Virus record (IMG/VR): IMGVR_UViG_3300009285_000030
From: a virus
DNA length: 38,390 nucleotides
Strand: one strand, 5' to 3'
The notes beneath the pieces are model-generated. The model was not told the DNA's origin, searched no databases, and saw only the letters and a program-made list of their open reading frames with translations. The position numbers were made by a program, and so were the translations under genes. The number at the start of each line of letters is the position of its first letter. The first letter of the stretch is position 1. Below, piece by piece: positions 9,497 through 18,900 of the stretch.

Positions 9497-9610
9497 CTAA
9501 TCACTCGGTCTGAAAGAATGACCACACTTCGGGCAAGCTGTTACTCCCTCCTCGCTCTGTGGCACATTCTTCTCACCGCATATCGGGCATTTCTTTTTTA
9601 CTGCCGGCAT
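9497..9610 (-). CDS. Mini zinc-ribbon protein (37 aa; below the ORF-track cutoff)
   Basis: The sequence is MPAVKKKCPICGEKNVPQSEEGVTACPKCGHSFRPSD. GAGGAGG lies 8 nt upstream of the ATG. Confidence 0.55.
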   Translation of the reverse strand: MPAVKKKCPICGEKNVPQSEEGVTACPKCGHSFRPSD

Positions 9611-9641
9611 ATTAAAACCTCCTCGTTTTATTTGCCTCTGC

Positions 9642-10400
9642 CTACTCTATCTGAAGCATTATCAAGGCATCGCCATAGTTACCAGAGAACATCAGGTAAC
9701 CCGCTCTCTGCTTTGAGACTGCTTCGGTATTGATACCTTCATCCGCCATCTTGACAGTTCCATCAATATGGAATATGACATCCCTATCACCTGCAGCAGC
9801 CCCAGGCCAAGTGCCCGTAATCCATGCCCAATGTGGCCCCTGCACCTTGCCCCAGAAATAGTAACCAGAGGTGATTGGCCTCTCAATACAGCAGGCAAAG
9901 TGTTCAAAGTTACTAGAGTAAGCACCAGCGTTTCTGATGTTTCTCCAGGGGTTGGGGTAGGCTGCCAGAGTTCCACCAGCAGCATAAGCATAGATGAATG
10001 GCTCTGACACGTAGAGCTTATAGGTATTGCTAACCTCAGCATCGCTCTTCCAGATGTGATGGAACACATCGTACGTGCCAGAACTGGGTATAGCGAGATA
10101 GCCGTCCTGCCAGTAATCTTTCGCCCGGGAGTTGGTAGCATCAGTGATAACAACGGTGGTATCGCCCACAGCGATTGCCGCGGCTGTAGTCTCAGCCACA
10201 TCGCCGGTAACGCCTTCAAGATAGCGGTAGTGATTGATTTTAGCAGCCAGTGGATTTGTTATGGCTGCCCCCGCTTTGCAAAGGCGGTACAGACTACCGT
10301 CCTCCGTCATGCCCTTTCCTCCAACATGGAGAGACCTTGTTGTAGCATACTCATTGATAACCGCAGCGTAAGGCAAAGCAGCTAGATATGGGAAACTCAT
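9642..10400 (-). CDS. Virion structural protein, capsid-auxiliary or adaptor candidate (252 aa)
   Basis: It is a long ORF two genes downstream of the capsid gene with an RBS present. Confidence 0.45.
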   Translation of the reverse strand: MSFPYLAALPYAAVINEYATTRSLHVGGKGMTEDGSLYRLCKAGAAITNPLAAKINHYRYLEGVTGDVAETTAAAIAVGDTTVVITDATNSRAKDYWQDGYLAIPSSGTYDVFHHIWKSDAEVSNTYKLYVSEPFIYAYAAGGTLAAYPNPWRNIRNAGAYSSNFEHFACCIERPITSGYYFWGKVQGPHWAWITGTWPGAAAGDRDVIFHIDGTVKMADEGINTEAVSKQRAGYLMFSGNYGDALIMLQIE

Positions 10401-10436
10401 TTTGTTACCTCCTATTTTCTTCTTTCCTCCACCACC

Positions 10437-10976
10437 CTACTTCTGATTGTGTATTGTTCTCATGTGTCTTGCCAGACCGATAAATGTCTTGCCGATGAAT
10501 GAGCAACCTTCAACATGGCAGGCAAGAGGGTTTTCTTGTTTTGCACTTGGCATCGGCTCTTTGACTACTTCAACCTTTTCTTCTGAAGCCTCAGTCAACT
10601 GCTTTTCAAGCTCCTGAATCCTCCGTTGTAGAGCATCCTGTGTCTCCTGATTCGGCTCCTGTCCCGGAGGCCAGAGCTTAAAACCCTTCTTGACATAGTG
10701 GTTCATGTGCCAGGCATCGGCTGGCAAGAGTGTTGTTGGGATATACGTGGGTTCCTTTGTTTCCTCAACCTCACCGAGAGCCATTCGCCTTCTTATCTCC
10801 TTGAGTATCTCAGGAGTGGCAGCTTTTAGTTCTTTGCCGGTGGCTTTCTCAATGAAGTGAGTAATGGTTGCCGGTCGGTAATAAACCCGTGTTTCCATCG
10901 TAGCACCCTGCACGATGTCATTGGGGTCATGTATGTCCTGGAATCCGACCCTCGGTATTGATGCACTTTGTGTCAC
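10437..10976 (-). CDS. Protein with a C-terminal classical C2H2 zinc finger (179 aa, GTG start)
   Basis: The finger is C153-x4-C158-x12-H171-x4-H176 (CHVEGCSFIGKTFIGLARHMRTIH). GGAGGT lies upstream of the GTG. Confidence 0.55.
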   Translation of the reverse strand: MTQSASIPRVGFQDIHDPNDIVQGATMETRVYYRPATITHFIEKATGKELKAATPEILKEIRRRMALGEVEETKEPTYIPTTLLPADAWHMNHYVKKGFKLWPPGQEPNQETQDALQRRIQELEKQLTEASEEKVEVVKEPMPSAKQENPLACHVEGCSFIGKTFIGLARHMRTIHNQK

Positions 10977-11017
10977 TTTATTATTACCTCCATATTTCCT
11001 ATATTCGCTTACTGCTA

Positions 11018-11875
11018 CTAACTCGTAGGAGCAGTTGCATCAAACAGGAGATAACGGCCGTATCCGCCATCTTCCTCTACCATAGCGTAGTCCGCCACGA
11101 TGCCGATTTCCCAGCCTCTCAAGGAATCATCCCAGACTACCCATGTGTCTGGCTCCCAGCCTACCACATAGATGAAGGCTTCCTTAGAGTAGATAGCTCC
11201 ATAGGCATCATTGTCGGAATCAATGGAGATGTTGGAGTCGTGGAAAACAGGCACTCCGTTCATCTTGATGATACCGGCGAAGTGGTTCTGGAGTACCGCC
11301 TGTTGGTATTCGCTCGGCATATGGCTGGTTCCCGGTGTTGCAATGGCATCCACGATGGTATTTAACTGGTAGGGATGCAGGACAAACGCCATCGGCATAG
11401 GAGCAGGTTCAGCCTGACCAATACACTGGGTAACAGCAGCAGCAGCGTAACCAAGACCGAAGGCGGTATTAGCATTGCTCAAACCACTGTCAAGACCAGA
11501 GTAGAGAGTCAAGCCGTCCTGATCCATCTTCTTGCCCATAGCGTTACCGATAACCTTGCCAGCATCACGGGCAACATTCCCTTTGAACTGGTTTGCTAGT
11601 TTCTTGGTAACGATGACCTTGCACCCAGCCTCGTTGGTGGTATGAGTCGTGCCGGAGATGGTGAGCGTCTGAGAGTTGGCCATATCTACACCATCAATCA
11701 GACCCTCAGCCACAATCGTGCCGAACTTTGGCACGTAGTAGCTTTTCTCACCCTTACCCATCCGGTGAACATTGACCGTGTTCTTGAAAACCTGAATTGG
11801 CTCGTAGGTATATCTGGCTGCTCCCACCATAGCTACGGCACCAGCAGCCAAATCAGCAGCAGTTGTATTTGCCAC
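11018..11875 (-). CDS. Major capsid protein, HK97-fold type (285 aa)
   Basis: It lies directly after a coiled-coil scaffold-like gene and has a strong AAGGAGGT RBS. Its sequence pattern is typical of HK97-like coat proteins. This is a by-eye call. Confidence 0.7.
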   Translation of the reverse strand: MANTTAADLAAGAVAMVGAARYTYEPIQVFKNTVNVHRMGKGEKSYYVPKFGTIVAEGLIDGVDMANSQTLTISGTTHTTNEAGCKVIVTKKLANQFKGNVARDAGKVIGNAMGKKMDQDGLTLYSGLDSGLSNANTAFGLGYAAAAVTQCIGQAEPAPMPMAFVLHPYQLNTIVDAIATPGTSHMPSEYQQAVLQNHFAGIIKMNGVPVFHDSNISIDSDNDAYGAIYSKEAFIYVVGWEPDTWVVWDDSLRGWEIGIVADYAMVEEDGGYGRYLLFDATAPTS

Positions 11876-11890
11876 TTGTGACCTCCTTGT

Positions 11891-12697
11891 TTACAGAGTT
11901 ACATTGAATCTTTTAGCAGCCTCTTGGTACTGCTCAAAGGAGATTTCGCCACTGATAAAGGCTTTCTCATAGTCTTCCCAAGTCCGAAATCCCCTTGTGG
12001 CAGAACGTGAACCTGCGCCGGCAGCCCTCGCCCTCTGGCCTTTGACTTCTGAGGTTTCAGTTTCCTTTTCGGATTCCTCTTCCTCTTCGCCCTTGGGCAC
12101 AGTCTTGGCTATAGACTCCATGCGTTTCAGGTTATAAGTTACCCTGCCATTATCAGCCGTATCAGAGCCTATCTGGAGAAGTAACTCAGCAGTCAGTCCG
12201 CTTTCTTTAGCAAGTTGCCTTGCTTTTTCCTCAGCTTCAATCCTGAGAGCCTTGTCCACAGCAACCTGGTGTTCAGTTCTTTCTCGTTCAAAGTCTGAGC
12301 GTGCTTTATTGACCTTATCCCATTCATCTTCTGCCTGATGTTTGAGACGCACCGAGTCAATCAGGTCTGGAGTTCCCTCAACAGACTTCAGTTCCCGCTC
12401 CCGTTCTTTCAACTTGAGTGACCTTATGGTTTCCTCAAGTTCAGATAATCGCCTACCCTGTCCATCGTAGTTTCGTTGCAGGACAGAGTGAGCTTCAAGA
12501 GTGGTCTTTAGAGTTCTGCCGATTTCTCCCCTCGCAGCATTTTCTCGGTCTCGCAGATCCTTCTGGGATAGCGTTATGGTATCCCCTTCTTCTGCTCCTG
12601 GTTCTAGCGTTTCTTCTGAGGTAGTTTCGGGTTCGACTGGCTGGGTCGTTTCCTCGACAGCCGTGCCTCCGCCGATTTCGCTCTTCTTTCTAGCCAT
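11891..12697 (-). CDS. Scaffolding protein (268 aa)
   Basis: It is highly charged and predicted coiled coil, and sits immediately upstream of the capsid gene. Confidence 0.6.
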   Translation of the reverse strand: MARKKSEIGGGTAVEETTQPVEPETTSEETLEPGAEEGDTITLSQKDLRDRENAARGEIGRTLKTTLEAHSVLQRNYDGQGRRLSELEETIRSLKLKERERELKSVEGTPDLIDSVRLKHQAEDEWDKVNKARSDFERERTEHQVAVDKALRIEAEEKARQLAKESGLTAELLLQIGSDTADNGRVTYNLKRMESIAKTVPKGEEEEESEKETETSEVKGQRARAAGAGSRSATRGFRTWEDYEKAFISGEISFEQYQEAAKRFNVTL

Positions 12698-12726
12698 GAT
12701 TTGTTTTTCCCCTCCTACTTTTTACT

Positions 12727-12763
12727 TAAACAAAAAGCCGACCTCTCCTAAGAGAAATCGGCT
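12727..12763 (-). terminator. Rho-independent terminator on the minus strand
   Basis: On the minus strand: AGCCGATTTCTC, loop TTAG, GAGAGGTCGGCT. This is a 12-bp stem (10 Watson-Crick and 2 GU pairs) followed by TTTTGTTT. Confidence 0.75.
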
Positions 12764-12809
12764 ATTGTTCTTCAACTTGCCGTTGATTATTCAGTTATTA
12801 AACTAGATG

Positions 12810-12983
12810 TTACCCGAATTTATAATCCTGTTTGACAGTAGAAGCATAGACTGGCTCGCCTTTTTGGACTATGACTTCCTGTATTTTGCCATAACCAATT
12901 TCCTCACAAAGCGCCAGAAAATCCGCCTGTGCTTTACTCAACTCCTTATATTGATTAGTAGCACTTTTATCTTTTTCTGTCAA
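12810..12983 (-). CDS. DUF2292/YezD-like small protein (57 aa, TTG start; below the ORF-track cutoff)
   Basis: Hand translation gives MTEKDKSATNQYKELSKAQADFLALCEEIGYGKIQEVIVQKGEPVYASTVKQDYKFG. AGGAG lies 5 nt upstream. Confidence 0.5.
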   Translation of the reverse strand: MTEKDKSATNQYKELSKAQADFLALCEEIGYGKIQEVIVQKGEPVYASTVKQDYKFG

Positions 12984-12991
12984 GTATGCTC

Positions 12992-15900
12992 CTACTTCAT
13001 AGCCTTGAGTTTCCGTTCAATTTCCTCTTTGAGTCTATCTATCTCCGCTCTTTTCTTCGCTAAGTCTATGGCTATTTTTTCAGCCGTAGTCATACCAGCT
13101 TCAACATCAATCTGCTCTATCGGCTTTGAAACAGCACCGATAAGGACAAGCCAGGCATCCAACTTAGGATGTGTCCGCCGGTATTGTTCTCTGGCTTTGC
13201 TCCGAGACATATCAGGGGAACCAATCATTGAATCATAAATCAGATATTGCTCATAGACATCTTTCGGCGGAACTCTGCTGAAGTCTCTCGCCCCTGGCTT
13301 CCAGCCTTCCTTGCCCTCAGTTTTGGTATATAGGTCTGTCATCGCCCTGTAAAGTTCAGGGTGGTCAAGCAGATACCAGTCGTCATCAAACCAATAGTCC
13401 TGCCCGGGCGGTTTGCCTCTAGTCTCAATAACTTTATAACCCACATAATCCGGGACTAACTTTTCATTGCCGATAAAGAATAGATAGCCTTGCCGTTCCC
13501 AGATAGCCTGCTGGAAGTCAGGATTGCGAGCAAGTAAGCTCTCCCGCTTAGCTTCACGCTCATCTTTATCAGCTATGTATAAATCTGAAGCACCATCAGA
13601 GTAGCCATCAAGCTCCTCAAACAAGTCCTCATATTCAAAGTAAAGGTTATCGTAGCGCACATCGGGAATCTTGGTGGCATCCACTTTGTCTCTGACAGAG
13701 CTACCCATAATTGCTGGATTGGTCAGGATTGATTCAAGGTCAGGATTGTTTGCCAGATACCGTTCTTTTACATAGCCCTTCTCGGATAGCTCATAAAAGC
13801 CCACATACTTATCACGGAGGTTATCGGCTATGTCAGGAACATTCAAGGAATAGAAGTCCCTCTGCCGTCTCGCTATGCGGTAGTCATTATTCGCCTTGAG
13901 ATAATCCGCCCTTGTCTGGTCTGTTTTAAGAGCTTCATAGGCTTTGTCCTGCTCCCGCCACTGGACATTTATCCTGAGAACATTCTTATTCCAATCCTTT
14001 CCGTCATCGGTTAAGAGTTCATTATCCAGCGCCCACTTCCAGACATCTGGATGGTCAAGAAGCCAGACCTTTGCCTCAGAACTGCCCGCTGTGAATTGGT
14101 CAATAGTCCTGCCCCTGTCTACCCACGACTCCACAATCTTCGGGTCGGTTGGTGCTTTATTAGTCCCTATCTCAATAGCCTCAATCCTGCGGTCAATATC
14201 AATGTAGGTCTGGTCGCCAATCTTGGTAGCCTTCAGGTCGGCAATATACCTATCTCTGGCTGTTAAGCTGTTCTCATCTTTGACTTTATCATCTAGTGTC
14301 TTCAGGTAATCTTTATCATCCAGCTTGTGCCATATTGCCCGATATGTCTTTTCAGTCTTCAGTTCCAGGGAGGCGATAGGAGTATCTATTGGCTGCCTAC
14401 CTAAGAACTGTAACAGCTTCTCATCCTTTGCCAGAAGGAGTTGTGCCTCCCATGAGTTTTTATTCTCCATATCTTGGTACTTGAAATAACCGTCTATGGA
14501 ATCTTTTGGTGGCAGGGTTAATTCAGGCAAAGCATTATCGGGAATATCATATTCACCTACCAGCCTGTTAAATTCATTATAAGATTCTTTGGTCAGGAGT
14601 TTAACCTTGCCAACCAGTGCTAAGAGGGCGTTTTCCTTTGTGTTTTTCAGGAGATAATCATTTCGGGGATTTACATTAAGCCCAGGATTATCCTTTACAA
14701 ACTGCGCCTTGCTTCTATCATCTTTCTGGTTATAATAATTTGTGATTAAGACGAAATCGGACTGGCTGATATTACCTTTCTCATAACGCAGTTCTGCTTC
14801 TTCAAGAGTCAACTCTTTTAGTTTTTGGTTTGTCAGTAGCTCAGTATCGTCCCAGAGAATATGCGCCTCTACCATTAGCTTATCCAATGGCTCGTAGCCC
14901 TTGCGCTCTGTCATTGTTTCTGGGTCAAGGTCTGTATAGACCTGCCCCACCTTGCCAAAATAGCCTGCTATGCTGTAGTTATCCTGCTTCTGGACTCGGA
15001 ATGGCTTTGCCTCGTTATATTCCCAGGGTATCGGTAGTCCGAGTTTCTTTCTCTCCCGGTCAAGGTAAGTATTGTCAAGAGTTACCAGGTTTACGCCCAT
15101 GAACTGAGATATTACCTGCTGCCAGATGTCCTCTTTATATCGCTCTCCAAGTCTAACAGCTTCCAAAGGAGCACCAGCCGTTAGCGGTAGGATATTCTCA
15201 AGTTCATATTCAAGCATCCTTAGCATTTGTTCAGGGAAGTCGCCCTTCCTGATTTCGGTCTTGGAGTAGTCCTTATTTAATACCAAATCCAGTTGAGTCC
15301 TGAGTAATGGAGTAATTCTATTTTTTAGATACATCGGCACGCCAGCAAAAGGCACCGGGAATGGGATTCCCTCTATCTTCTGAGGGTAGAAAGCCCTGAA
15401 TAATGCTCTATATGGCCCGCCTAGCGGTATTCTCTTATTACCGATAATAATGCTGGCGAAGTTACCATTCTTCGGGTCGGGGTCAATAGCCTGCCACATG
15501 GCATTGATAACATCTTCATCATCATCACCTCTGGCTATAGCTGATAAAGCTGCACTGGTAGCAGAGATTGCCAGAGTAGAAACAACACCGGTCAGCATTA
15601 CCTTAATTGACAGCGTTTCCTTTGGAGTCAGTTTCTGGAAGGTTGCCAACTTAGCCAGCCCGGTAGTTGTCTCACCTATTAGAGCTAGAGGTTGAACGAT
15701 AAAGGAATAAGATGTTGGCAATGTTCTAAGTAGCGCTGCCCGTTTTTGAGACTGACCTAGCAAACCTGGATTAGCCAGAGGGTAAATCTCACTGGCTATC
15801 TTCATCGCCATAATCTGAGCATCAAGTTCAGTGATACCGTGTTTCATCATATTGCGATAGTTAGCCCGCCATGAGTGGAATTGCGCCCGAGTAACTGAAA

Positions 15901-18900
15901 CAAAGGCAGATTCATTAGCAGCACTCCATCCAGGTAGCTTAGAGAGATAACCAGCACTATATTCTGGTGCCGTACCCGCTACCGTGTAACCACGCAGGGA
16001 AGCAAATATACCCCACTCTTGCGGGTTAGCGTCAATATCCTCTCCTAATGCTGAGATTCTGACAGAACGGAACGGGTCTTTGTGAACGATAGAAGCCTTT
16101 AGTCCACCGACGCCGACTACCATACTGTTTATAGGGTCAGCAAGCACTCCAATTACTCCTTGAATAGTGAATGGCGAGAAGTCCCCGGTGAATGTGCCAG
16201 CCCGCACCATCTCAATAGCCTTCAGGGCTTTACTTCTACTCATTTCTCTGGAATATTTAATATCCTTTACCATATCAGAGGGGAAGTAACGGAAAAGCCC
16301 TTCTTGGACAAAGACATAAGGCTTGAGGTTGGCAGCCTTCCACGCTGGGCGAATCTCTTCAAAATCAGCCCGCACCTCATTTATTTCAGCATCAATATCT
16401 GCAAATGTTTTACCAGCTTGAGCCTTAGCAACATAACGCCCTGGTTTTAGTTCAAGAGAATCTCTCAAATTGCCAATGTCTGCATCTTCAAAAGAGGACG
16501 AAAGGAAAGTATCAATAGATTCCAATTCTTGTTGTCTAAGTACATTCCGATAACCTTGCAATCTTTGGAGTTTCTTTCTAAGAGCAATCATCTTGTCATA
16601 TAATTCGGGGTGTGTTTTTTCCATTGCCTCAAGTCTGGTTAGTCCACCGATGGCAGCCCGGTAAGTGTTTCCCGCAGCAGCCGATGCCTTGAAACTGTCC
16701 AGTCCTTCAATGAGTTTTTGGACATCCAGTTCAGGTTTGAACGGAGTCTTACCAGCTATTCTCTCCCTGGCGGTCGCCCAGATACGGGTCTTACCACGCC
16801 CGGATACAACCGCCCTTGTTTCGCTCTCCAGGTATTCAATCACATCCTCAGAAATATCAATATTCGGCAGGAAAGCACCATCAGGTTTTGGAATGAACTT
16901 ACCTATCTCAGCGCCATAGTTTTCTACCACCCAGTCAAGCATCGTATTATTGTGGACTTCCATATTTGCTAAAGCCCCTAATTGAGCTGTGGAGAGTTCA
17001 TAAAGTTCAGGGTTATCGGCAATGTCCTTGAGAGTGCCAGTAATAGGATTCCTAGACTGTTCAATAGTGCCTAGAAACTTAATATCAGACTTACCGCCTC
17101 TCAGAACATCCTTACCGAAGACATCTCTTAGTTCTCGGAGTAACCTGATGCGAGAGGATAAGCTGAAGTTAGCCACATCAGCCCTTGCCTGTTGTTCGGC
17201 TACCATCGCCGTATGGACATCTTTGTTTAAGGTTAATGCTGGTTGGTTAAAAGCAAGTGCCTGTCTAATACCAGGTATCTTGAGCATAAGGCGGGTAAAT
17301 GCACCGGCGGGATTCAGTTCTATCTGTCTCTTTGCCATAGTAATGATGCGTTTTATTTCACTATCACGAGGCATCGCAGGTAATGGTGCAGGAGGCACTA
17401 TTGATTGAGTAGGTGGCGGTTGCGGAGGCGGAATACCAGCAGGAGGCGGTTGTGCTGGTAATTCTTTAACCTCTGGTGTTACTTCTGCTGGAGGGGTAAC
17501 AGCTTCCGCCTTAACTCTTGCTGCCACTTCCTCAAAATAAGTGCCAGCCTTAATTTTCTTTCTAACTAATTCAGCCTCTTTTTTAGAGGCAAATACTTCC
17601 CGCCAAGCTGGAGCAGCCCAAATCCCTACTGTAAGCACATATTGTTTAGGTTCAGTTAGGGTTTCACGAATAACTACCTTTTCTGGTATAACAGCTTCCT
17701 CAGCATTTAGTCTTGAGGCTTCTGCGATAGATATTCCCTCAGCTTTTGCCCTTGCTTCCGCTCCAGTTTGTGTTGCTGGATAAGTAATACCAACTTCGGG
17801 GGTGGGGGGTTTAACTTCAGAAGTCTTCTCCCAAATAGTTTTGCCAGTCCGCTTAGTGTAAGTTGCTTTATAACCTTGCGATAACATATATTGCCCATAA
17901 GACTGTAAATCCTTAAAATCCTCAGGCTTTTTTAAGGAAGTTACAACATTTTTCTGGTCTCTTACACTGTAATTATTACCAACATCTATAGGTTTTGTAA
18001 CCTCTGGGGTAACAGGTTTAATCTCCAGTGGCTTCTCACGGGCAACTTCAGGAGTTATCTTATTCCTGATAATACTGCTTCTTTCTCCTACATCAAGTTC
18101 TGCTATCCTAGCATCAGACCAACCTAGCTCTTTTAATTGCGATTCTTCTACGGTGGGGAGTTCTGGTTCAACATAACCCACCGCTTTAGCCTCAACCTTC
18201 CCCTCATCCACCAGCTTCTTCTTGAGATTATCAAGAGCTATTTTATCAGCCTCAGTCTTAGGCTTAATCTGCCGGACTGTCGCTTCCTTTTCAACTTGGG
18301 CTGTAGCCTCTTTCACAATCTTCTCACCTTCAGGAGTCTCAGCCACATTATCAAGTGCCTGCTTTTTTGCCTCAAAGTCGTTTAATCCTTGTCTTACCAG
18401 TTCAGCAACATTATCTTCATAGGTAGTCTTTTGCTCTGGAGATAGCTTTTCAATAACTCTATTCTGAATACGGACTATAATATCGCCACCACCGCCCATG
18501 CCAATACCAGCAGCAGCACCGAGCGCAAATACCTCTTGCATGGCAGGGTCTTTAATGAGTTCACCAAAGCCTCTCTCATCGCCCATCGCTCTTAGCTGTA
18601 TCATCTCCTGGTATAATTCCTCACCACCTTCTGTAAGCCCGGTGAAAGCCAGCTTGCCCGCTACCATAGCAGTTCTAAATAGACCGCTTTTTGCCATCTG
18701 CCCGAATACTCTTGCTGGTTGGGGAGCAAAGGCTACCGCAAGTTGGGCGGCATCAAGCCCACCCAATTTAAGATTATTGACAAACACCTTGTTGGCAGCT
18801 ACCTCAGCATCTTCGTGGGACAGCCCCTTTGCTCTAGCCTGGTCATAAGCGCCAGCAGCCTCCATCGCACCTTCAAGCGGACGGCTTAAAGCAGCACCAC

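Noticed and set aside
9692-10219. Same-strand alternative-frame ORFs nested in larger genes (9692..10219, 3564..3767, 6659..6874).
   Set aside because: They are fully contained in longer ORFs that have RBSs and protein-like sequence. The nested products are Pro/Arg/Leu-rich frame artefacts.
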